Positions 17,177 through 25,333 of a stretch of DNA of 36,702 nucleotides are shown in pieces. A model generated the notes under the pieces. The model was not told the origin of the DNA. It worked only from the letters and a program-made list of their open reading frames with translations, and did no database searches. The DNA lies in contig CALKYI010000067.1 in assembly GCA_938003665.1 (NCBI GenBank), positions 1-36,702 of the forward strand, written 5' to 3'. Each line of letters begins with the position of its first letter. Position 1 is the first letter of the stretch. The position numbers and the translations under genes are program-made. This DNA is from an uncultured Flavobacteriales bacterium. GTDB lineage: Bacteria; Bacteroidota; Bacteroidia; Flavobacteriales_D; Sanyastnellaceae.

Positions 17177-17187
17177 GATAAAGGGGT

Positions 17188-17796
17188 TTATTCGTTTGTT
17201 CCGGCAGGTGTGCCGAATTCTAATCGTGTGATGAAGTCCTGTACGCGGTTGGCCACAACCGTGTCCGGTGCGTAAGGTAAGTATTCGTTGTAGCGAATCA
17301 GCGCCGCTTCCGTTTTGCCCATGGCTTCGTAGCAGCGGGCGGTAAAGAAGAGGCCGTTGGCATAGGTCGAATCTTCGCCCATGACGGTCTCAAAGCCCAC
17401 AACCGCACGGTCGTAGGCGCCTTCTTCCATGTCCAACATCGCCAATTGCCATGTGGCCTCAAGGTGACCTGGCTCCAAGGTGAGGGCCTCCGAGAAGCGC
17501 TCACGCGCCTTGTCCAGTTGGCCGCTTTGGATGCCGAAAATGCCGAGCCAAACCACCGCATCTACATTCGGCGGGTCGGATTCCGCGAGGGCGCGCAACG
17601 CAAGAATGCCCTCCATGGGGTTCTCACCGGACACCTTTTGTACGGCCGCTTCGACGGGATCATCCGTCGCAACCGCTTCTGTGGGCAGCGCTGTGAGCTG
17701 CTCCGCATCTGCGGACTTGCGCGGCAACCACAGCACGATGGCCACCAAGGCCACCCCCACTGCAATGGTCAAACCGATACCCGTCTGGCGATTCAT
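17188..17796 (-). CDS. Membrane-anchored TPR-repeat protein
   Basis: 202 aa. N-terminal anchor IGLTIAVGVALVAIVLWL, then TPR-like helices (WLGIFGIQSGQLDKARERFSEALTLEPGHLEATWQLAMLDMEEGAYDRAVVGFE...). Its start is 4 nt after the HU stop. Confidence 0.75.
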   Translation of the reverse strand: MNRQTGIGLTIAVGVALVAIVLWLPRKSADAEQLTALPTEAVATDDPVEAAVQKVSGENPMEGILALRALAESDPPNVDAVVWLGIFGIQSGQLDKARERFSEALTLEPGHLEATWQLAMLDMEEGAYDRAVVGFETVMGEDSTYANGLFFTARCYEAMGKTEAALIRYNEYLPYAPDTVVANRVQDFITRLEFGTPAGTNE

Positions 17797-17800
17797 GGTC

Positions 17801-18091
17801 TTAGTCGACTTTGACTTGCGTCTTTACGTTCTCGACAAAATCCTTCGCTGGCTTGAACGAGGGAATGTTGTGCGCGGGGATCTGGATGGACTTTTTGGCC
17901 AAAATGTTTCGGCCCGTTTTGGCCGCACGCGTCTTGATGACAAAACTTCCGAAGCCGCGCAAGTACACATTTTCACCTCCTTCCAAACTATCACGTACTG
18001 AGCGCATGAACGCCTCTACCGTTGATTGAACGTCGTGTTTTTCCATACCGGTCTCCTCTGCAATCCGGTTTACGATATCCGCTTTGGTCAT
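17801..18091 (-). CDS. hup: HU/IHF-family DNA-binding protein
   Basis: The C-terminal 96 codons of ORF 17801..18757(-), starting at ATG 18091..18089: MTKADIVNRIAEETGMEKHDVQSTVEAFMRSVRDSLEGGENVYLRGFGSFVIKTRAAKTGRNILAKKSIQIPAHNIPSFKPAKDF. The longer track ORF is an artefact that runs into mutY antisense. Confidence 0.93.
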   Translation of the reverse strand: MTKADIVNRIAEETGMEKHDVQSTVEAFMRSVRDSLEGGENVYLRGFGSFVIKTRAAKTGRNILAKKSIQIPAHNIPSFKPAKDFVENVKTQVKVD

Positions 18092-18100
18092 CTTACTTCC

Positions 18101-18108
18101 TAGGTTTG
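18101..18108 (+). promoter_or_regulatory. Candidate -7 box TAGGTTTG (perfect), 76 nt upstream of the mutY ATG; lies inside the HU 5' leader
   Basis: Read directly as cTAGGTTTGTc. The same 9-mer TAGGTTTGT also occurs at 25928 and 26172. Confidence 0.4.
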
Positions 18109-18148
18109 TCTCTCTGTTACAACTGTGGTTATCCCCAAAAAAGGGGTG

Positions 18149-18156
18149 CAAAAATA
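18149..18156 (-). promoter_or_regulatory. Candidate -7 box TATTTTTG (perfect), 57 nt upstream of the HU ATG; lies inside the predicted mutY leader
   Basis: The reverse strand reads agcccTATTTTTGcaccccttttttgggg. Confidence 0.5.
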
Positions 18157-18184
18157 GGGCTATTCTGCTGAAAACGAAAGGGTG

Positions 18185-19294
18185 ATGCAAGAGAAATTGG
18201 AAGGCACGAACGCAGCCAATTGGGCGGAAGGGCGACGCGCGCTCATCGCGTGGTATGGAGCCAACCATCGAGCGCTGCCCTGGCGAGAAACGCCGCACCC
18301 CTACGCAGTGTGGCTCTGCGAAATCATTATGCAACAGACCCGCATTGACCAAGGGCTGAAGTACTGGAACACCTTCATCAACACATGGACCGATGTCCGC
18401 GCCCTCGCTGAAGCGCCGTTGGATGACGTCCTCAAGGCGTGGCAAGGACTTGGGTACTACAGCCGTGCGCGCAACCTTCACCGCGCGGCACAAACCATTG
18501 CGTTTGAACGTGGAGGTGTATTTCCGGAAACGGCAGCAGAATGGCGGACCATCCCTGGTGTGGGGCCTTACACAGCTGCCGCCATTGCATCCATCTGCTT
18601 CAACGAACCCGTGGCCGCCGTCGATGGCAACGTACTCCGCGTCATCAGCCGGTACCGAGACATCCAGGATCCCATCGACCGGCCCATTGGACGAAAACAG
18701 GTAGAGGCGTTTGCTGCAGAGTGGATCCATCCAACCGATGCCGGAACCCACAACCAAGCCGTGATGGAATTGGGCGCCCTCATTTGCAAGCCCACATCCC
18801 CTCGTTGTTCAGAGTGTCCACTCGAATCCACCTGCCTCAACGCCAAACCCGATTCCGGTGCCACACCGATTCCTCCTATCAAACAGGGCAAGACCAAAGT
18901 CAAATCAGTCCAGCTGGTATTTCATGTGGTCACCAACGGCTCCCACGTCTGGATGCATCAGCGCCCGGCGGCAGGAATTTGGGGCGGTCTGTGGGAATTT
19001 CCCTCCCAAGAATTGTCCCCCTCAGCGGAGCTCCCCAATCAGCTGCCTGTAGGGGTCAACCTCCCAGCTGCGGCCGTTGAAAGTCGAACTGTGTGGGGCC
19101 AGCCATTTGAACACATCCTGTCACACCGCCGACTTCAATGCCGGTTCATCGTTTGGCACATCAACGTCGAACCCACCCCCCAGCAAGGACAATGGATGCC
19201 ATGGGAAGTAGCAGAATCCAAAGCCCGACCTCGGGCGATTGATCGATGTTGGGAGGGTCTTGAAAAATCCTGCCTCGCATTGGACAATCGCTAG
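18185..19294 (+). CDS. mutY: A/G-specific adenine DNA glycosylase MutY
   Basis: The track start at 18182 is a GTG followed immediately by ATG 18185. Contains LPWRETPHPYAVWLCEIIMQQTRIDQGLKYW, the HhH-GPD motif IPGVGPYTAAAIASICF, the Fe-S cluster CKPTSPRCSECPLESTC, and a C-terminal NUDIX-like domain. Confidence 0.9.
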   Translation: MQEKLEGTNAANWAEGRRALIAWYGANHRALPWRETPHPYAVWLCEIIMQQTRIDQGLKYWNTFINTWTDVRALAEAPLDDVLKAWQGLGYYSRARNLHRAAQTIAFERGGVFPETAAEWRTIPGVGPYTAAAIASICFNEPVAAVDGNVLRVISRYRDIQDPIDRPIGRKQVEAFAAEWIHPTDAGTHNQAVMELGALICKPTSPRCSECPLESTCLNAKPDSGATPIPPIKQGKTKVKSVQLVFHVVTNGSHVWMHQRPAAGIWGGLWEFPSQELSPSAELPNQLPVGVNLPAAAVESRTVWGQPFEHILSHRRLQCRFIVWHINVEPTPQQGQWMPWEVAESKARPRAIDRCWEGLEKSCLALDNR

Positions 19295-19306
19295 CACAGC
19301 GTGCGT

Positions 19307-19314
19307 TACTTTTG
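19307..19314 (+). promoter_or_regulatory. Candidate -7 box TACTTTTG (perfect), only 4 nt upstream of the ssb ATG
   Basis: Read directly as gtTACTTTTGaaggATG. Confidence 0.45.
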
Positions 19315-19318
19315 AAGG

Positions 19319-19786
19319 ATGGCAGGAATTAATAAAGCAATCCTTGTAGGCAACCTGGGCAAGGACCCCGAAATGCGCTACACCCCGAATGGTGTGGCCG
19401 TTTGCTCATTCCCGATGGCAACGTCGGAGACGTACAAAGACCGCAACACCGGCGAACGCATCACACAAACTGAATGGCACAACATCGTCATTTGGCGAGG
19501 GATGGCAGAAACGGCAGAGAAATACCTGCGCAAGGGATCGCAGGTGTACATCGAGGGCAAAATCAAAACCCGCTCTTGGGAAGACCAACAAGGCCAAAAA
19601 CGCTACACCACAGAAATCGTCGCCGACGTGATGCAGTTGCTCGATCGCCCCAATTCATCGGGAGGTGCGGCTCAACCAACACAGGCGGCTGCTCAGCCCG
19701 CGCAACAAGCGCAACCTGTGGCGCAGACGCAACCTGCTGTTCCTGCAGAGCGGGGTCCCCACAGCGCGGACGACCTGCCCTTCTAA
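19319..19786 (+). CDS. ssb: Single-stranded DNA-binding protein
   Basis: 155 aa. [37 protein letters not shown] (OB fold), a Q/A/P-rich linker, and the acidic tail DDLPF. Confidence 0.95.
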   Translation: MAGINKAILVGNLGKDPEMRYTPNGVAVCSFPMATSETYKDRNTGERITQTEWHNIVIWRGMAETAEKYLRKGSQVYIEGKIKTRSWEDQQGQKRYTTEIVADVMQLLDRPNSSGGAAQPTQAAAQPAQQAQPVAQTQPAVPAERGPHSADDLPF

Positions 19787-19801
19787 CCGGAAAACGGATT
19801 C

Positions 19802-21154
19802 GTGGAGCCCGACTTATTTTCCATCCTTCTCGCCGTTGACGCGGGCGATGCCGCGACCTGGGTGCCCTTCCTCATCATCGCCGGATTGCTGTTGCTCAGT
19901 GCACTGGTATCGGGATCTGAGGTGGCGTTTTTCAGCTTGACACCCGCGGACATTCAAGAGCTGGAAACCGCGCGAGAAGCGGAACAATCCGCCGCGGCAG
20001 ATCGCGTCATTGACCTGCTCAAAAAACCCGACCCCGATCGGGCTCCCCGCCATTTGTTGGCGACCATCTTGGTCTTGAACAACCTGACCAACATCGTCAT
20101 CATCCTGCTCTCCACGGTGGCTATGGAACGGCTGTTTCCTGTCAATTCGCTGGAGCCGTGGGTGTACTGGACCCTGCACGTGGGTGCCGTGACGTTTCTC
20201 ATTGTTTTGTTCGGTGAAGTGGTTCCCAAGGTCTACGCCACCAACAACCGCTTACAATTCGCCCAATTCATGTCCGGGCCGCTCATCGTGGGACGGCAAG
20301 CCCTGGCACCGGTTTGGAAGCCACTCGTTCGACTTGGAAATTGGGTAAGCAAGGGCGTGGACGTGCCCAATGCCGACCTCTCGGCGTCCGACTTGGAGCA
20401 GGTGCTGCAATTGACAGCCGACGAAGACCGCACCGACGAGGAGCAGCGCATCCTTGAGGGCATCGCCGCCCTCGGCACCAAGGATGCCAAGCAAGTTATG
20501 ACCGCCCGGACCGACATGGAGTCCGTGAGTTCGGAAGAGCAATGGGAACAGCTCCGTGCCCAAATCGTCGAATCCGGCTACTCCCGCATCCCCGTTCACA
20601 GTGGGTCGCAGGATGAAATCGTCGGCATCCTCCACATCAAAGACCTGCTTCCTCATTTGACCGAATCGGATGTCGCCTGGATGGAGCTCATCCGCCCCGT
20701 TTACTTCGTCCCGGAAAACAAAAAGATCGACGACCTGATGCGCGAATTCCAGGAACGGAAAACGCACCTGGCCATCGTCGTGGACGAGTACGGGGGGACC
20801 AGCGGCATCATCACCCTAGAGGACATCATGGAAGAAATTGTCGGCGAGATCGCGGACGAATTCGATGCAGAAGAAATCGCTTATTCCCGGTTGGACGAAC
20901 GCACGTTCATCATTGAAGCCAAAACCGCACTCATCGACGTCTACCGCATTCTGGGCATTCCCGATGAACCATGGGAAGCTGCGAAAGGAGAGAGCGACAC
21001 CCTCGGTGGATTCATCACCGAACAAGCGGGCCGCATCTTGCGCAACGGTGAAGGCATGGCCTTCGAGGGCGTTGAAATGAAAATCGATGCCGCTACTCCA
21101 CGCAAGCTGCTGCGGGTCAAGCTCGTTCTTCCTGAAACCACCGCTGATGAGTAA
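19802..21154 (+). CDS. gldE: Gliding-motility-associated CNNM(DUF21)-CBS-CorC_HlyC membrane protein GldE
   Basis: 450 aa, GTG start. The N-terminus [10 protein letters not shown]...[14 protein letters not shown] parallels F. johnsoniae GldE (recall). It has a CBS pair and a CorC C-domain. mutY-ssb-gldE-gldD synteny. Confidence 0.85.
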   Translation: MEPDLFSILLAVDAGDAATWVPFLIIAGLLLLSALVSGSEVAFFSLTPADIQELETAREAEQSAAADRVIDLLKKPDPDRAPRHLLATILVLNNLTNIVIILLSTVAMERLFPVNSLEPWVYWTLHVGAVTFLIVLFGEVVPKVYATNNRLQFAQFMSGPLIVGRQALAPVWKPLVRLGNWVSKGVDVPNADLSASDLEQVLQLTADEDRTDEEQRILEGIAALGTKDAKQVMTARTDMESVSSEEQWEQLRAQIVESGYSRIPVHSGSQDEIVGILHIKDLLPHLTESDVAWMELIRPVYFVPENKKIDDLMREFQERKTHLAIVVDEYGGTSGIITLEDIMEEIVGEIADEFDAEEIAYSRLDERTFIIEAKTALIDVYRILGIPDEPWEAAKGESDTLGGFITEQAGRILRNGEGMAFEGVEMKIDAATPRKLLRVKLVLPETTADE

Positions 21155-21755
21155 GCTGTTCCGTTTCGGGTGCGTTTTGACCGTCGGGCTGATGGCGCTG
21201 GTCAGTTGCGACGATACGCCGGTCCCCAAACCACGGGGGTACCACCGAATTGAATTCCCAGCCTTCGAATACGCACCATATACGCACCCGTGTGGTGTCT
21301 CATTTGAAGTGCCCGTTTACAGCAAAATCGAGCGCATCGAACGCGGTGCTCCGGAAGCAGGTATTTGCTGGTTCAATTGCGCCGTTCCAAGGTTTTCCGC
21401 CAAACTCCATTGCACCTTGATGCCGGTATCCGATGAAGCACAATTCGCCTCGCTGCTTGAGGATGCGCATCAGATGGTGTTTTCCCATGAAATGAAGGCC
21501 GCGGGAATCCGTACTCAGCAGTTTGACTTTCCTGAGCGACACGTGAGTGGGGTGTTGTACAACTTGCAAGGCCCTGTGGCCAGCCCCATCCAATTTTTTG
21601 CCACGGACAGCACGACGCATTTCTTGCGCGGCAGCCTTTATTTCGACCACGCACCAAATCCCGATAGCCTCCAGCCCTCGCTCGCGCACATTCAACAGGA
21701 CATCGTCCACCTGATTGAGACGTTGGCGTGGACCGAATCAGCAACAGTACCATGA
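21147..21755 (+). CDS. gldD: Gliding motility lipoprotein GldD
   Basis: ORF 21087..21755 trimmed to ATG 21147, which overlaps the gldE stop as ATGAGTAA. Lipobox LMALVSC. PKPRGYHRIEFP...FFATDSTTHFLRGSLYFDHAPNPDSLQPSLAHIQQDIVHLIETLAW matches GldD as I recall it. Confidence 0.8.
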   Translation: MSKLFRFGCVLTVGLMALVSCDDTPVPKPRGYHRIEFPAFEYAPYTHPCGVSFEVPVYSKIERIERGAPEAGICWFNCAVPRFSAKLHCTLMPVSDEAQFASLLEDAHQMVFSHEMKAAGIRTQQFDFPERHVSGVLYNLQGPVASPIQFFATDSTTHFLRGSLYFDHAPNPDSLQPSLAHIQQDIVHLIETLAWTESATVP

Positions 21756-22504
21756 GCCGAGCATGCATCCTTGATTTTGGCAACACCCGAGTCAAATGGG
21801 CCCGGTTCGTCGACGGTGAATTTGCAGGCTTGTTGCAAGACGAGGCGGCGTGGGAATCATTGCAAGAGTGGAACGAAGACGCACAATGGCTCATTGCTGC
21901 CACCGGTCCCATGGCCGAGCAGTGGAGCGAATGGGTGGAGGCACTCAAGGCCAAGCAACCAGACAGCGTGGTGCACCTTGAAAGTGCTGAAGGTATTCCC
22001 TTCCCATCATCGTACCATTCGATGCAGACGTTGGGATTGGACCGCATTGCCAATGCGGCGGGGGCTGTGGCCGAAGACGCGCAAGCCGATTGGCTGATCA
22101 TCGATGCCGGTACGTGCATCACCGCTGACTTGCTGGAAGGGGGAACATTCTGCGGGGGGTCCATTGCCCCCGGCATCGATCTGCGGCTTCGCGCCATGTT
22201 CGCTGGGACGGCGAGTTTACCCTACCCAGAAGACTGGAGGGAACAAGCCGCCGGAGGGATTGGCTTGGACGTGGGAGACGACACAGTAGCATCACTCCTC
22301 GCTGGAGCGGTGGGGGGCGCACAGGCTGAATTGACCGAGCGCATTCGCCGGTTCCAAAACGAAATCCCTTCCATTCGCGTTGCATTAACCGGTGGAGATG
22401 CGAAATTCTTGCAACTCCAAGCGGACTTACCGACTTTTGCCGACCCAAACCTCACGTGGAAGGGCTATCTCCACTTGTTGAATCGCATGCTGAATCATGA
22501 CTAA
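21752..22504 (+). CDS. coaX: Type III pantothenate kinase
   Basis: The track start at 21728 is a GTG inside gldD. ATG 21752 overlaps the gldD stop as ATGA and gives MSRACILDFGNTRVKWARF..., then GLDRIANAAGA...LIIDAGTCIT, typical of CoaX. Confidence 0.85.
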   Translation: MSRACILDFGNTRVKWARFVDGEFAGLLQDEAAWESLQEWNEDAQWLIAATGPMAEQWSEWVEALKAKQPDSVVHLESAEGIPFPSSYHSMQTLGLDRIANAAGAVAEDAQADWLIIDAGTCITADLLEGGTFCGGSIAPGIDLRLRAMFAGTASLPYPEDWREQAAGGIGLDVGDDTVASLLAGAVGGAQAELTERIRRFQNEIPSIRVALTGGDAKFLQLQADLPTFADPNLTWKGYLHLLNRMLNHD

Positions 22505-23921
22505 TCCCACCCCATCCAATGACCCGAAGTTCGGACGGCTGGCCCTAGCGGCCCTCGGGGTGGCGATGCTTTTCTCCATCGAGGGAACTGCTCAACAATC
22601 CGAGCTCTCGCCCTACTCGCGCTACGGTTTCGGATTGATTGGACAGCTGCAGCCTCCAGCATATGCAGGATTGGGCGGGATGGAAACCACCCTGCTCAAC
22701 GGCTACCAATTCCAGCCCAACAACCCGGCTTCGGCGACCTACCTCAACCAGACCACGTTCCAAGCCTCGGGCATCGGAAACCAAATGCAATTGAAGCAAG
22801 GCGATGCATCCGCCTCTGCGGCATTTGGCTCTCCCGGTCCCTTCGGCATCGTCATCAAACGCAACAACGGCAAAAACGCGCTCATCCTCAACCTGTCACC
22901 TTACAGCAATTCCGGATACACCATTTCCCGAAGCGACACCTATACTGGCATCGGATTGGCCAATGAGCGATACGAGGGCGATGGCGGGCTGAGTGCCCTG
23001 AACATTGGATGGGCCCGGGTCTTCAAAGGATCCAAGTTCGTACAGGCCGGTAGCGACAGCATTCGCATCCAAAGCAATGCCCTTCACATGGGTATTCAAA
23101 CGCATTACCTCTTTGGTCAAATCAGTCGAACCTCGACCCTCGACATCATCGACCCAACCTTCCTCGACCACCGCAACCGGTTCACGGCACAGCACCGCAG
23201 CGTTACCGTCAATGCTGGGATGGTGTACGACCAACTGCTGCACGTGCAGTACAACGACCGCGGCGATTTTGAGCAAAGCATTTCCCTGCGCATGGGCGGT
23301 GTCTTTACCCCGTCTACCAACCTGCACAGCTCGTTGGTGAGCATCGACGAGACGACCCAGACCCTGGGTGGCATTCCCGTCCCACTGGATACCGCTTTCT
23401 ACAGCGAGCGCCTTGACTACCGCGCACGGATGCCGCGTAGCCTCAGCTTCGGGAGCAGCCTCCACTTCGACCGTGGCGACGGGATGCGCATCGCAGCAGG
23501 AGTGGAATACAAAACGACAGCATGGGATCAAGTCGCGCCGGATTTTGCGCCAGAAATGCAATCCGATGGCGTCGAATGGATGGCCTCCGAATCCATGCAC
23601 CTCGGGCTCCAATTCAACCCCGGCAACCCCGAACAACGCCACCCAACGTGGGGCAAGGCGACATACCGGTTTGGCTTGAACCGCCAGCTTCAGCCCTATG
23701 CCGTGGATGGCCACCAGGTTCAAACCCAGGCCATCACCGGAGGTTTCACCCTGCCCTTGGTTGGAAGCCGTTCCCTGAGCCGATTGCATTTCGGCACGGA
23801 ACTTGGAGAACGTTCCACGCAAGCGGGTGCATTGGAGGAAACGTTCATCCGGTTTCACTTCGGCGTCTCCCTGATGCCCTTCTTCAAGAACAATTGGCTG
23901 ATACCAAGATTATATGATTGA
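22497..23921 (+). CDS. Exported uncharacterised protein, predicted outer-membrane beta-barrel (474 aa)
   Basis: Signal peptide ...LAALGVAMLFSIEGTA|QQSELSPYSRYGFGL. It has Gly/aromatic-rich alternating segments throughout. The start overlaps the coaX stop as ATGACTAA. I recognise the SPYSRYGxG N-terminal motif from uncharacterised Bacteroidota OM proteins but cannot name a family. Confidence 0.65.
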   Translation: MTNPTPSNDPKFGRLALAALGVAMLFSIEGTAQQSELSPYSRYGFGLIGQLQPPAYAGLGGMETTLLNGYQFQPNNPASATYLNQTTFQASGIGNQMQLKQGDASASAAFGSPGPFGIVIKRNNGKNALILNLSPYSNSGYTISRSDTYTGIGLANERYEGDGGLSALNIGWARVFKGSKFVQAGSDSIRIQSNALHMGIQTHYLFGQISRTSTLDIIDPTFLDHRNRFTAQHRSVTVNAGMVYDQLLHVQYNDRGDFEQSISLRMGGVFTPSTNLHSSLVSIDETTQTLGGIPVPLDTAFYSERLDYRARMPRSLSFGSSLHFDRGDGMRIAAGVEYKTTAWDQVAPDFAPEMQSDGVEWMASESMHLGLQFNPGNPEQRHPTWGKATYRFGLNRQLQPYAVDGHQVQTQAITGGFTLPLVGSRSLSRLHFGTELGERSTQAGALEETFIRFHFGVSLMPFFKNNWLIPRLYD

Positions 23922-25314
23922 AAAAACCAACACCATGAAATTGATCGTTCGCGGAATTTTAGCATTGCTGATTTTGGCGCCCGCGTTGGCTAGCGCTCAA
24001 GACCGCTATGGAGAGACAGAGGAACAACAAATCCTGTGCAAGGAAGCCATCAGCGTTTACGTCAGCTACAAAAAGCAGAAGAACTACGATGAAGCCTACA
24101 TCCAATGGAAAAAGGCGTGCGACGTGTGTCCTCCAACAGCACGTGAGGGCATGTACAGCGATGGTGTCCGCTTCTTGAAAAACGAACTCAAAAAGACGGA
24201 AGACGAAGCGCGCATCCAAGCGATCCAGGACAGCATTTTCCTGTTGTACGACCAGCGCATGGAGCTGTTCCCGAGCACGAGTAAGCGACCAAACAACCGT
24301 TGCCAAATCTTGGCGCGCAAAGCATCTGACTACTATCGCATCAACAAAAAAGCCGGAGCGGCCGAGGCGAACGCCATGTTCAAAGAGAGCATTGACTGCT
24401 TGGGCGCCGCTTCTTCACCAGCGACCTTGAGCACCTACTACGTCACTTCTTTCTATGCCATGAAAGCCATGGAGGGAGATACGGCACAAGCGAAATTGGG
24501 CGAAATGCTGACCGAGTACCTCACCCTGATGGATTACATCGACACCAGCATCGCGAAAGTCGACTCCTCTGATACCAAAACACTGGGCAAGTACGAGAAG
24601 GCCAAGGGCAACATCGACGAAGTGTTCATTGCCATTGCCAAGTGCGAGGACATGGTGCCCGTCTTGAGCGAAAAGGTCGCCGCAGACTCCGCCAACTTTG
24701 ATTTGAAGAAAAAGGTGTTGCGGCTCCTGAACCAGAAGGATTGCACCGACAACGACCTGTATCTGCCCGTTGCCATCGACGTCCACAACCAGACCCCCAG
24801 CCACCCCTCTGCCTACGCCATCGGTAACGAGCAAGCCAAGGTGGAGAACTTTGCAGAAGCGTTCGCATACATGGAAGAAGCCGTGGAACTCTGCGTGGAT
24901 TGTGCTGAACTGGAGTCGTACCTCTTGAAAGCAGGGAAGATCGCTTCGTTCTTGGGCAAATCCAGCACGGCGCGTTCGTACGCCCAGAAAGTACTCGCTA
25001 ACAATCCGGAAAGTGCCGAGGCCTACATGCTCATCGGCGATGCCATTGCCGGCGCAGCCAAGCAATGCGATGACGGCGCCTTGGGCAGCCGCTTGGCCTA
25101 CTTGCGTGCCTGCGATTACTACAGCATGGCAATCAGCCGAGGCGACGAAGACATCAAAGCCACAGCGCAGAAAAAACTCAACGCGAACAGCAAACAGTTC
25201 CCTAGCGTTGATGAGATTTTCGCGGTGGGCAAGTCCACGGGAGACGCCATCACCATTCCATCCATTGGCGGATGTCCATGTGCAGGCGAATCAACCACCA
25301 TTCGCGTGCGCTAA
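23914..25314 (+). CDS. Exported Cys-rich TPR-like helical-repeat protein (466 aa)
   Basis: ATG 23914 overlaps the upstream stop as ATGATTGA; an alternative ATG is at 23935. Signal peptide KLIVRGILALLILAPALASA|QDRYG. I count 13 Cys, including ACDVC, LCVDC and GCPC. TPR-like segments include FAEAFAYMEEAVELC and AEAYMLIGDAIAGA. Confidence 0.7.
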   Translation: MIEKTNTMKLIVRGILALLILAPALASAQDRYGETEEQQILCKEAISVYVSYKKQKNYDEAYIQWKKACDVCPPTAREGMYSDGVRFLKNELKKTEDEARIQAIQDSIFLLYDQRMELFPSTSKRPNNRCQILARKASDYYRINKKAGAAEANAMFKESIDCLGAASSPATLSTYYVTSFYAMKAMEGDTAQAKLGEMLTEYLTLMDYIDTSIAKVDSSDTKTLGKYEKAKGNIDEVFIAIAKCEDMVPVLSEKVAADSANFDLKKKVLRLLNQKDCTDNDLYLPVAIDVHNQTPSHPSAYAIGNEQAKVENFAEAFAYMEEAVELCVDCAELESYLLKAGKIASFLGKSSTARSYAQKVLANNPESAEAYMLIGDAIAGAAKQCDDGALGSRLAYLRACDYYSMAISRGDEDIKATAQKKLNANSKQFPSVDEIFAVGKSTGDAITIPSIGGCPCAGESTTIRVR

Positions 25315-25333
25315 ACACGCTGATTGACCGGAC

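Noticed and set aside
17054-17275. 73-aa plus-strand ORF over the micro-ORF locus
   Set aside because: It spans the end of the TPR gene, the spacer and the bS22-like ORF in antisense. It has no features, whereas the minus strand gives a recognisable basic peptide.
17801-18757. 318-aa minus-strand track ORF containing HU at its C-terminus
   Set aside because: Only the last 96 codons are HU. The upstream part runs through the HU/mutY spacer and antisense into mutY.
22896-23858. 320-aa minus-strand ORF
   Set aside because: It is antisense to the barrel-like gene. The plus-strand frame has a signal peptide with Gln at +1 and is overlap-coupled to coaX, whereas the minus-strand frame has no signal peptide or motifs.
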